This document shows positions 1 to 7,995 of a DNA stretch of 39,237 nucleotides, piece after piece. Origin of the DNA: a virus. Below the pieces are notes generated by a model. That model did no database searches, was not told the DNA's origin, and worked only from the letters and a program-made list of their open reading frames with translations. The translations under genes were made by a program, and so were the position numbers. The DNA lies in IMG/VR virus record IMGVR_UViG_3300027432_000003, positions 1 through 39,237 of that record; one strand, written 5' to 3'. The number at the start of each line of letters is the position of its first letter. The first letter of the stretch is position 1.

Positions 1-127
1 GCGGGGAAGAAACCAGACTGCTTGGATTTGCAATGCAAAATGGTGTGCCGAACTGGAACGGAACTACACTCGCCCTACTCTGCGAGGATGGCCCGCGACG
101 TGCCTCCGCTGAATCCGGCGCATTCCC
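1..127. repeat. Terminal direct repeat, copy 1. Identical to 39111-39237, which indicates a circular or circularly permuted assembly of 39,110 bp.
   Basis: Direct comparison of the first and last 127 nt of the window shows they are identical. Confidence 0.95.
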
Positions 128-251
128 GGTGGCTCATGGGCTTCCCGCCCGCATGGGACGCCTGCGGGGTTACGGCAATGCAATCGTCCCGCAAGTCGCG
201 TGCGAATTTATAGGCGCGTGGACTGATACCGCTAACAAGCAGTTAAGGTGA
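1..251 (+). CDS. DNA (cytosine-5)-methyltransferase, 3' part. It continues the ORF that starts at 38474 across the circular junction.
   Basis: The frame of ORF 33..251 is continuous with the 38474 frame after removing the 39110-bp offset. It ends ...[33 protein letters not shown], which is motif X-like (GNAIVP). Stop is TGA at 249-251. Confidence 0.8.
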   Translation, partial: GEETRLLGFAMQNGVPNWNGTTLALLCEDGPRRASAESGAFPVAHGLPARMGRLRGYGNAIVPQVACEFIGAWTDTANKQLR

Positions 252-266
252 ATTGAGCAGATGCAT

Positions 267-295
267 GGGGACAGATTTTATGCCCTGTCTTTTTC
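267..295 (+). terminator. Candidate intrinsic terminator after the C5-MTase gene
   Basis: GGGGACAG (267-274), a 10-nt loop, then CTGTC (285-289) followed by TTTTT. The stem is short and includes G-U pairs. Confidence 0.4.
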
Positions 296-399
296 AAACG
301 AGGACCAACCTCCAAAAACCACGCCCTCATAGATGGTGTCAATCATGCGTCACCACAAGCGCGTCGAGGGATTTGAATCCGGCCATAAAATTTTAGAAT

Positions 400-441
400 G
401 CCGCGCCGGCCAGAGGGTGGGAACTCATGCGCCGGCGCGGC
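400..441 (-). terminator. Candidate terminator hairpin at the end of the minus-strand late operon
   Basis: An 11-bp GC stem, GCCGCGCCGGC (400-410) and GCCGGCGCGGC (431-441), with a 20-nt loop. On the minus strand it is followed by ATTCTAAAATTTTAT. It lies 12 nt after the stop of gene 453..1049. Confidence 0.45.
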
Positions 442-452
442 TCGGTGGCGGG

Positions 453-1049
453 TTAAAATCTCCGGCTGATGCCAAGGTGGATTATTGCATAATTCCCGTC
501 CCAGAATCCGCTGCCGGTCCGCGTCTCATATTGAGCGCCAGCCACCAACTCAAAGTTTTTGAATGATACGATGTCGAAGTCAATTCCGGCCGTGGTAATG
601 GTTGCTATCGGATCCTTGCTTCCACCGCTGGGCTGGGCGACCAGCGCGGCCACAAAGGGCGTGCCGACGACGTTGGTTGCAAAGGTCGAGCCGATGAACG
701 CGAACGGATGAATCGGCGCGGATAGGGTGACGCCGCCCTTCACGACGTTGACCTGTTCGGCCTGACTTTGATGCGGTGCCCACAGCACGTCTTCACCAAC
801 CACGATGCCGACGTTTTGATTGAAATTATACGCGACGGCTCCAAAGGCAAGGTCGCGGTCGCCCTTGGTTGCCCGGCCAGCGCCGCCAAGAATCGTCCAG
901 TTCGTGGATGAAGAAACGGCGTTCGCCATTTCATCGAGTCCAGCGGTGAAGCTGGGAGCGGAGTTGGTTGATTGCGCGCGGCAGTTGATTGCCAGCGCGA
1001 TAAGCAGCACCGAAGCTGCCACAAGGATGATTTGAATTATTTTGTTCAT
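453..1049 (-). CDS. Secreted or outer-membrane-like protein
   Basis: 198-aa ORF with signal peptide MNKIIQIILVAASVLLIALAINCRAQ. Composition is beta-rich and the C-terminus is ...GISRRF. Its start overlaps the upstream stop as ATGA. Confidence 0.6.
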   Translation of the reverse strand: MNKIIQIILVAASVLLIALAINCRAQSTNSAPSFTAGLDEMANAVSSSTNWTILGGAGRATKGDRDLAFGAVAYNFNQNVGIVVGEDVLWAPHQSQAEQVNVVKGGVTLSAPIHPFAFIGSTFATNVVGTPFVAALVAQPSGGSKDPIATITTAGIDFDIVSFKNFELVAGAQYETRTGSGFWDGNYAIIHLGISRRF

Positions 1050-1354
1050 GGTTTTGGAGGTTGTGGCGCTGTCGCCGGTTGAGGTTGAGGCTTTGCCAGC
1101 ATTGTTGTGTCGCTGGACGGCCCCGTTTGGTTAATGGTGTCCACCGCCTTGGCGATGTTGTTTACCGTGGTTGCATCGGCGGCGAACAGCGCCGTCAGAC
1201 TTTTACCCAATGCGCTGATGATGAAGCCGACCAGGGCCACCCACCAGCACACTGCCTGATACTTTACATTGGCCCCGCCAAGAACACCAACCCCGATTAA
1301 GGTTGTTCCAAGTGTTCCGACCGCGCCGCCGAGATTTGTTTTCCAATTTGTCAT
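1046..1354 (-). CDS. Small membrane protein with two predicted TM helices and a Pro/Gln-rich tail (holin or antiholin candidate)
   Basis: 102-aa ORF with hydrophobic segments LGGAVGTLGTTLIGVGVLGG and AVCWWVALVGFIISALG. ATGA overlaps on both sides. Confidence 0.5.
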   Translation of the reverse strand: MTNWKTNLGGAVGTLGTTLIGVGVLGGANVKYQAVCWWVALVGFIISALGKSLTALFAADATTVNNIAKAVDTINQTGPSSDTTMLAKPQPQPATAPQPPKP

Positions 1355-1737
1355 AATTTGAATCCTATCATTTTCATCGGCCAGTTTGTGTTCAAGTTCA
1401 CCGCGTTGGTCGGATAGCAGATGAACTTGTAGTATGGAAGCGAAGCAACGTAGGTGGGACTGACCGTTCCATAAGCCTCACCGTGTGGGCCACCGGCGTT
1501 GAACCAATACACGCAATAATTGCTGGCCACTGAAACCGAGTGGGTCGGTGACGCGGTGTTCCAGGTGTAGTACCCGCTGAAACTTCCACCCGAGTATTCA
1601 TCCAACCCAACGCAATGATTGCCGCACAGACTGCTCTGTGAATTTGTGACGATGGTCGTTGGGAATATGACGTTCGTCTGGGCGCGCGCGATGAACGCGG
1701 CCAGAAACAGGCAGGTGATTGTGAGTAATGTTTTCAT
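1351..1737 (-). CDS. Small secreted protein
   Basis: 128-aa ORF with signal peptide MKTLLTITCLFLAAFIARAQ. ATGA-coupled to its neighbours. Confidence 0.55.
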   Translation of the reverse strand: MKTLLTITCLFLAAFIARAQTNVIFPTTIVTNSQSSLCGNHCVGLDEYSGGSFSGYYTWNTASPTHSVSVASNYCVYWFNAGGPHGEAYGTVSPTYVASLPYYKFICYPTNAVNLNTNWPMKMIGFKL

Positions 1738-2009
1738 GTGGTTGACGTTTCTTCCTTATGCAGTTTTTGTATCCGGTCGTGGTGCCGTTTTTTGGCTTCC
1801 TGAAACTCAGCTTCGATGTGACGCTCCTTATGGAGCCAAATCTTGCGCTTGTGCCACCAAGAATTTATCGTGCAGGCAAATGAAGCAGCCCCGAGGATGG
1901 CGCACACCAGAGCCGCCCACTCATTGGCGTGTTGCAGGGATATTGCCCCGACGAACCAGCCACTCCCGATTACTGAACCTACCGTGTGTTTTATTGCATC
2001 ATGGTTCAT
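1734..2009 (-). CDS. Holin-like protein with two TM helices and a highly charged C-terminus
   Basis: 91 aa. TM segments are VGSVIGSGWFVGAISL and WAALVCAILGAASFACTI, followed by KRKIWLHKERHIEAEFQEAKKRHHDRIQKLHKEE. Confidence 0.5.
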   Translation of the reverse strand: MNHDAIKHTVGSVIGSGWFVGAISLQHANEWAALVCAILGAASFACTINSWWHKRKIWLHKERHIEAEFQEAKKRHHDRIQKLHKEETSTT

Positions 2010-2010
2010 T

Positions 2011-2226
2011 CTACGCCCCTTTTAAATATGGATTTTTAATCAACCCCGTTGCCACGGCCCACAACGCCAACCGCGCAGCCGGAAAAATACCCAGCCTGGT
2101 CCGCGCGTTGAATGAATGAAACTCAACGGCGCTCCGCGTCACTCCAAGTTCGGCGGCAATCTCCTTGTTCGTCCAGCCGATGGCCTGGAGCTTCACGACT
2201 TGAGTCTGGCGCACGGTAAGTTTCAT
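2011..2226 (-). CDS. LuxR/GerE-family HTH protein (DNA-binding output domain only, 71 aa)
   Basis: MKLTVRQTQVVKLQAIGWTNKEIAAELGVTRSAVEFHSFNARTRLG matches the LuxR C-terminal HTH pattern. I moved the start to ATG 2226, which overlaps the upstream TGA as ATGA. The ORF-track N-terminal extension to 2487 overlaps the lipoprotein gene. Confidence 0.7.
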   Translation of the reverse strand: MKLTVRQTQVVKLQAIGWTNKEIAAELGVTRSAVEFHSFNARTRLGIFPAARLALWAVATGLIKNPYLKGA

Positions 2227-2753
2227 GGCAGGCAAACCGGCCTTTCCGTCACGCAAAGCATGCCACGAACGAATCGCAGCGGATCCGGCGCGTTGGTGAA
2301 CGCGGCGAAGTAGTTTATCTGAGTCGCCCAAGGACCGATGATGCTTGTCGCCGTGTAGCACAGGCCGGTCGCCTGGATCGTATGCGCCATGGCCCGGCCA
2401 CTGAACGTCCAGAGCGACAGCGGACTCTCGACGCCCGTTTTGTTCACCTGCGAAACGCCAAAGAAGAATCTCGCCGCGTCCAAGCACGGCAGGTTCGTCA
2501 GCAGCATGGCTGGCGTGGAAGAAATCAACTCATTCGTTGGCACCAATGACCCGCTTAACTCATACCAACAGTACGCGACCGCCTGCGTGCTCGCGCTGCA
2601 CGTCATCGGCATGGACCAGACGTTGGTATCCGGGCCGTCCTGCGCTGCAATGGCGGCCATGGGCATCGGCGGCAGAGACTCCTTGGTCACCGGAGCCGGG
2701 ACGGAGCAGCCAGCCAGCAACACGATCAAGAGGAATGGAAGGTGGTGGGTCAT
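2223..2753 (-). CDS. Lipoprotein
   Basis: MTHHLPFLLIVLLAGCSVP contains the lipobox L-A-G-C. I moved the start to ATG 2753, which overlaps the stop of gene 2750..4276 as ATGA. Confidence 0.65.
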   Translation of the reverse strand: MTHHLPFLLIVLLAGCSVPAPVTKESLPPMPMAAIAAQDGPDTNVWSMPMTCSASTQAVAYCWYELSGSLVPTNELISSTPAMLLTNLPCLDAARFFFGVSQVNKTGVESPLSLWTFSGRAMAHTIQATGLCYTATSIIGPWATQINYFAAFTNAPDPLRFVRGMLCVTERPVCLP

Positions 2754-4276
2754 TGCGAGTTGATAATAACTCCATTTGTGATGTGCATTGTTCCTACCCC
2801 TGTAATATTTAGATTTGTTGTACAACCAAATGATTTCAAAGTCGTAGGTGACGTGCCTACACCCTGAAAAGTTAACCCACCAGCGGATGGGTTTGAATTT
2901 GTCTCAACGATGACTTGTCCATCCGCCCGAAAACAGCCATAAAGGCTCATCAAATTTGTTGTACTGCCTGATGCGCCATTAATATCGCCACTGCCAGAAT
3001 TTGTACAATTAGCGGCGATAAACTCGAATCCATTAAAGGTTACTGGTTGAACCATGTTTACATCTTGTCTATACGCAAAAGCAGGCAACGTGCTGCCTTG
3101 GTCTGAGTACGTCGCAGAACCACCGTTTACAACACACCAGCTTCCTGGAGTGTCAAGATTTCCGATGAAACAATTTATCCCTTTCACGTTCACGCTATTG
3201 ACTCCGGTGAAATTGGTTGAAACAAGTACAAGATTATTAAATGTAATTTGTTCTGGCCCACCCGATGAACATTTAGCCTCGCAGGCTATGGTCTGCGCCT
3301 TGACTCTAAGATTATTCACGGTCATGGAAATATTGTTCGTCATTGCTTCGATGTGAAAACCTTGACCTTGTGAATCAATATCAATGTCAGATACCAGTGA
3401 ATTAGTTATAGGCAGATGGTCCCCCGTTCCATATGCTCCCAGCGGGCATGAAGTGTTGTTTGACCCATCGAGTATCTGCAATGTAAAATCTGACATTTTA
3501 CTATTTGACGCGGGTCTTAATAAACCACCACCAGATGCGACAGCGGTATAATTAGTTAACACCAAATAGCTTCTCAGTTTTCCCATGCCGCAAAAATTGA
3601 CTCCTGAAGGAACAAGCAATCTCACGTTATTAGTGAGTTGATTCACGTTCGTTCCATCCATCAAAATAATTGTCTGCCCAGCTACTGCCATGGCAATCGC
3701 TGCTGATGGAGTTGCAAGAGGGTAGTTCGGTGCATAACCAACGTTTGAATCATTTCCAAAAGGCGAAACGTAAATGTCGAAATTTGTAATCCAGTTGGCC
3801 AGGTTGGTTGACTGGGAGGAATTCCCGCTCGTGTTGTTTGTCGCCCAGCCGGTCAACTGCGCCGCCGGAAGGTTCGTGATCGTAAACTGCGCGTTCGTCT
3901 CGCCGTCAGCGGTGCTTGTGTACGTCCAATATCCATTGGTGGAAGACAGGCTCTTGAGCAGCGCGAGGTTGGTCAACGAATTCCCGTTATAGCTGACGTA
4001 TCGGTTGGTCACTCCAGCCGCCGGAGACACGGTCACGAGCAAGTGACCCGCCTGATTAGTCGCGCCATAAGTCAAGATTCCCGTCGGAATGACTCCGACC
4101 AGCGCGGTCGATTGCACGTTGGTCACGAGGCTGGCGTCGTAAACGCCGCCCGGCCCCTCGATGAGCGCGTTGGTTGCGTTGCCACCCGATCCAGAACCCG
4201 GCCCGGTGACGTTGAGTTGCACGGTTTGCCCGAAGCAGTTCGCCGCGCTCAATAAAAATATGAGTAGTTTTTTCAT
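2750..4276 (-). CDS. Beta-helix (pectate-lyase-like) protein with an N-terminal signal-like sequence. Tailspike or depolymerase candidate.
   Basis: 508 aa, starting MKKLLIFLLSAANCFGQT. The segment YVSPFGNDSNVGYAPNYPLATPSAAIAMAVAGQTIILMDGT resembles the start of right-handed beta-helix domains. The protein is rich in N, T, S and G. Confidence 0.55.
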   Translation of the reverse strand: MKKLLIFLLSAANCFGQTVQLNVTGPGSGSGGNATNALIEGPGGVYDASLVTNVQSTALVGVIPTGILTYGATNQAGHLLVTVSPAAGVTNRYVSYNGNSLTNLALLKSLSSTNGYWTYTSTADGETNAQFTITNLPAAQLTGWATNNTSGNSSQSTNLANWITNFDIYVSPFGNDSNVGYAPNYPLATPSAAIAMAVAGQTIILMDGTNVNQLTNNVRLLVPSGVNFCGMGKLRSYLVLTNYTAVASGGGLLRPASNSKMSDFTLQILDGSNNTSCPLGAYGTGDHLPITNSLVSDIDIDSQGQGFHIEAMTNNISMTVNNLRVKAQTIACEAKCSSGGPEQITFNNLVLVSTNFTGVNSVNVKGINCFIGNLDTPGSWCVVNGGSATYSDQGSTLPAFAYRQDVNMVQPVTFNGFEFIAANCTNSGSGDINGASGSTTNLMSLYGCFRADGQVIVETNSNPSAGGLTFQGVGTSPTTLKSFGCTTNLNITGVGTMHITNGVIINSQ

Positions 4277-7200
4277 GGTAATACCTCGACTTGAAAATTG
4301 AAGTTGGTGTAAGCGCCGGTCTGAACGCTGGTCGCCGTGCCACCGGCGCGCGGTGCCAAAAGGAAGGACGTTTCATTTCCGACGATCGGCAACTGAATCG
4401 ACAAATAAACGTAATTTGAATCTGAAAACGTCGTGACGTAGGTAATCCGGTCAAGCATCGGCTCCGCGATTATCCTATCGCCAGGCAGATATCCTGTGGA
4501 TGAGTCGTAATTGGTGCAGACAAGATACCACGTCGAAAGAAACGGCTGATGACCAAATCCATGGGAAGCCTGATAAAGATTGTTTGTTGAGACTGGAATA
4601 TCAATTATTTCCGGCGAGAACCTGTTGACCGAAAATATATTCAGCGTGGACGTGTTCGTCGTGATTGCGATGCTCGCACCGGAAACCGTTGAATTCGGAA
4701 ACGCCGCCGTGGGACTGCTTAACGCGTAACCCCATTTCCCAACCGGCCTGGGATTGAAATAATTGGTGTAACTGCCGGATGAATTGTACGCCGAATAAAT
4801 AACGTAGAGTGAATTCTCCGTCCAATGCCACAGGGTGTTGGTGTAGGGCCGGTAAAGCAAAATTTGATAATTCGTCGGCGAACTGTTCGTCCAGACCGCA
4901 ATTAAAAGATTCGTCGGAACGGTTGGCGTGAACGGCGTCAGCGGCGGATTTGAAAGCAGCGCCTTGCCCCAAATTGCATCCGCCGTGTTTCCGTCCGAGG
5001 TGTAAACTCCATTCACGAGGTTGCTCACTCCGGTTATGGTTATCTGGCCGTTTGGGAAATAATCGTAATTTGTCAGCGCGATCCCAATCGTCGGAGACAG
5101 TAAAAAAGTGTTTGTGCCGCTGCCGCTCAGCGTTGCAATCGCGTTCGTCGCGCCGCCTCCGGCAAACGGAACGCCGTTCAAAATAATGTTGGTCACGGAA
5201 AGATATGAAACGTTCGTCAGGCTCCAGCCCGAGGCGTTGATGTTGGTCGCCCACGGCGTCAGATTCGTGGCCGAGCCGCCAACGATCGGATTGCCATAAA
5301 TGCTAAATCCTCCAGCGTCAACGTTTCCATTGATCGCAAGCGAATTCCCGTGCGGGTTGTTGGTATTGATTCCGACCCCACCAGCGGCGCGAATCAGGAA
5401 TTGATTCGTGCCGGTATCGGTGAATGTAGTTCCTTGTGGGTCCGCCCACACCCAACTCCCTTTAAATTGCGATTGGGCCTGGTCGCCGGCGGCGAATTCA
5501 AATCCCAAACCGACTATCAAATTATTTTGGCCACCGGCTATGAATGAGAAATCCGAATTTGTCCCGGAATAAACCTGCGGCGTCGGATTGCCGATGTTGT
5601 TGTTTGCTCCACCAACGATTGCCGAACCCGTGACCCCTTCCCGAATGTTGTTTGTCGTTCCCCCCACCACCGCCGTGTATTTTTCGCCATAAACAAAACC
5701 GTTGTACGCTCCGATTGAAAATGAACCGTAATTGTTTTTGAAAGAGCTGTCTTCCTCTTCGGTCAAGATTTGAATTATTCCGGGACTGCCCGTGAATGGA
5801 TCATTGCCATGGAACGCATCAATGTTAACGAGGCTGAATAATGACGGGGTAACAAGTGACGTGTTTGTCCCAAAGCCGAAGCTGTTTATTATTGCATTTG
5901 AAATACCGCCGCCCCCGCCAGCCGGCGCGTTGCTCCATCCCCAAGACGTTCCAGTCGCCCGGGTGAATATCTGGCCGGCCGTCCCATTGGTGAATTGCAG
6001 GTTCGCTGACAGGGTCGTGCCCGAGGCAAGGTTGCTGCTCGTCACTGAAATTGCCACGGCTCCAACCACGTTGCTGCCGTAAACCGGCGCGTTGAACACG
6101 TTCGTTGAAAGGTAGTTGCTGAACGAGTTGATGTCCCGCTGCCATTGCCACGTCGCGTTCGTGTTGTCAAAATAGCCGATACCGTGCCGGCCGCTCCACT
6201 GCTCAACGCAACCCCACCAACTGACCGGGGATGCGCCCGAGCTTTGGGCGACGGTCCAAACGTTCGTGGACGGTCCCGCCGGACTGGTCCATATGCTGAC
6301 GCCGTTGCTGCGCTCCAGCGCGGTGCCACCGGATAGCTGAACCGTCCAGCCCGGCTGCGTCAGGTTTGTCCACAGGCCGGCTGAAATTCTCAGGTAGCCT
6401 CCCCACCCTTCACCAAGCACGCCGATGAAATTCGTTCCCGAGGCAAACAAAAGGGCGGTGCCGTTGGTCAAGTTTCCGGCGAGAGTTAATGATTGGGCGG
6501 TCCCATTGGTTATCGGAAGGAACGTCGCGGCGAAATTATTGCTCAGGTTGACGGACAGTTGAGCCGCGTTCGTGTTCGCGTAATTCGTGGCAATTACAAA
6601 TTGCAATCCGCCGGAATTTGTCGCCGAATTAAAAAGATTGGTTGTAATTATAAGACCCGCCAGATTGGTAGCGGCAATATCGGCAAGCAGCGCGGAATTC
6701 GTTGCATCCAGTTTTGATTGGGTTGCGAAAAAAGACGGATTACTTGTCGGATAAAAAAATGAGATCGCATTGGTCCAGATTTGATTTGTGCCTGAAACAT
6801 GCTGGCCAATGGTCGCAAACAGGCCGTTGGCCCACGTCGCAACAACGTTCGTTCCGTTCACAAAGATGGCGGCAAGGCCATTGCTGGTTGTCGCCGTCAG
6901 ATTTGTTGCGTTTGTTCCGATTGAATAAATCAGGGCCGAAAGATTCGTATAAACTGAATTTGTGCCGGCGGAAAGTTGAGCCGAAACGGCGGCGACCAGA
7001 GCGGCGGCGTTCGTGTTCGCGTAATTCGTTGAAAGATTAAACACGATCACGGAATAATTTGTTGCATTCTGGCCAATTAAAAAGGACTGGTTGGTCCCGT
7101 TGATTCCATTGGTGCCGACAATTGCGGCCAGTGCGTTCACGGAAACGGTGCTGGCCAGCGGATTCGTGACCGAGTTCCCGACGAGTCCATTTGTGATTGA

Positions 7201-7968
7201 AGGCCCGGCCAGTCCATTGGTGAGGTTTTGGAAATTCACGACGTTGGACCCTTGCAGGTTGGTTAAGCCCCTTCCGTCACCGCTTAGGGTGGCTATGATT
7301 GTGCCGGTTATATTGGTGGCCGGCAGCGCGGAATTTTGGACGATGTTTGTCACCTGAAATAGAGCGTGGCCGAACAGGTTCGTTGACGTGGATTGAGCCG
7401 CCAGCATTAAAGAAAAGAGATTCGTGTAAATTGTGTTCGTCCCGTTTTGAATGGCGAAATAAAGACCGTTGCTCGTCGCAATGAGATTTGTTGAAGAATA
7501 GACGTTCGCCTGTACGTTCGCGTTGCTCGCCGCAAGATTGACTTGTTGCAACGTCACCAGATTTGATATTGAATATGGATAAACGGATACTGGCCCGAGG
7601 CTGACGAAGTAATACCAAACCCACGATGAACCATTCACCGTGTTTGTCCCGGCCAAAGAAATTGGGAAGGCGTTTGTAAAGCTGCTGACGGTGTTGTTCA
7701 GCCCGCGAATATCCACCTCGTAAGTGTACCCCATCAAAACATTTGAGAACGTCACAATCGAATTTGTGCCGGTGACGAGCGTTCGCGCCGCCGGAACGGC
7801 AATGGTTGATCCATTGAGTCCATAGGGCGCGAGCGGCGTCAGCGTGATCTGCCGGTAAATCTGTGGGGTCGAAACAAAATCCTGAATCGTATATTGAACG
7901 TTTGCGGTTTGGCCGAAAACATTCAACATTCCGAGGATTGTAAGCAATAAAAAAACGCGCGAACGCAT
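4273..7968 (-). CDS. Large fibre or adhesin-like protein (tail-fibre candidate)
   Basis: 1231 aa, starting MRSRVFLLLTILGMLNVFGQT. It contains long N/T/S/G-rich repeats, an internally duplicated TNYANTNAA segment, and head-repeat-like GGTTNNI/GGANNNIG/AGGQNNLI followed by NQFLIRAAGGVGINTNNP. Confidence 0.65.
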   Translation of the reverse strand: MRSRVFLLLTILGMLNVFGQTANVQYTIQDFVSTPQIYRQITLTPLAPYGLNGSTIAVPAARTLVTGTNSIVTFSNVLMGYTYEVDIRGLNNTVSSFTNAFPISLAGTNTVNGSSWVWYYFVSLGPVSVYPYSISNLVTLQQVNLAASNANVQANVYSSTNLIATSNGLYFAIQNGTNTIYTNLFSLMLAAQSTSTNLFGHALFQVTNIVQNSALPATNITGTIIATLSGDGRGLTNLQGSNVVNFQNLTNGLAGPSITNGLVGNSVTNPLASTVSVNALAAIVGTNGINGTNQSFLIGQNATNYSVIVFNLSTNYANTNAAALVAAVSAQLSAGTNSVYTNLSALIYSIGTNATNLTATTSNGLAAIFVNGTNVVATWANGLFATIGQHVSGTNQIWTNAISFFYPTSNPSFFATQSKLDATNSALLADIAATNLAGLIITTNLFNSATNSGGLQFVIATNYANTNAAQLSVNLSNNFAATFLPITNGTAQSLTLAGNLTNGTALLFASGTNFIGVLGEGWGGYLRISAGLWTNLTQPGWTVQLSGGTALERSNGVSIWTSPAGPSTNVWTVAQSSGASPVSWWGCVEQWSGRHGIGYFDNTNATWQWQRDINSFSNYLSTNVFNAPVYGSNVVGAVAISVTSSNLASGTTLSANLQFTNGTAGQIFTRATGTSWGWSNAPAGGGGGISNAIINSFGFGTNTSLVTPSLFSLVNIDAFHGNDPFTGSPGIIQILTEEEDSSFKNNYGSFSIGAYNGFVYGEKYTAVVGGTTNNIREGVTGSAIVGGANNNIGNPTPQVYSGTNSDFSFIAGGQNNLIVGLGFEFAAGDQAQSQFKGSWVWADPQGTTFTDTGTNQFLIRAAGGVGINTNNPHGNSLAINGNVDAGGFSIYGNPIVGGSATNLTPWATNINASGWSLTNVSYLSVTNIILNGVPFAGGGATNAIATLSGSGTNTFLLSPTIGIALTNYDYFPNGQITITGVSNLVNGVYTSDGNTADAIWGKALLSNPPLTPFTPTVPTNLLIAVWTNSSPTNYQILLYRPYTNTLWHWTENSLYVIYSAYNSSGSYTNYFNPRPVGKWGYALSSPTAAFPNSTVSGASIAITTNTSTLNIFSVNRFSPEIIDIPVSTNNLYQASHGFGHQPFLSTWYLVCTNYDSSTGYLPGDRIIAEPMLDRITYVTTFSDSNYVYLSIQLPIVGNETSFLLAPRAGGTATSVQTGAYTNFNFQVEVLP

Positions 7969-7970
7969 GT

Positions 7971-7992
7971 CAATAGTGGCGAAAAGTTAACG
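7971..7992 (-). promoter_or_regulatory. Late junction motif, copy e. Gene sense: CGTTAACTTTTCGCCACTATTG.
   Basis: It lies between the stop of 7996..9081 and ATG 7968. It matches the consensus TTAACTTT-N4-CACTNTTG found at five sites. Confidence 0.5.
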
Positions 7993-7995
7993 GTT

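Noticed and set aside
2227-2487. N-terminal extensions in the ORF track: 2011..2487, 2223..2825, 7996..9192, 13602..14444, 15017..15703, 30273..30797 and 33004..34050.
   Set aside because: Each extension overlaps the preceding gene. An internal ATG gives a canonical ATGA or short-overlap junction, a signal peptide or a ribosome-binding site.
4056-7624. Numerous 60-217-aa alternative-frame ORFs inside the fibre gene and other large genes, for example 4601..5254 and 7277..7624.
   Set aside because: They are nested within a long, continuous, compositionally coherent ORF, and their Arg/Gly-rich composition is typical of out-of-frame readings.
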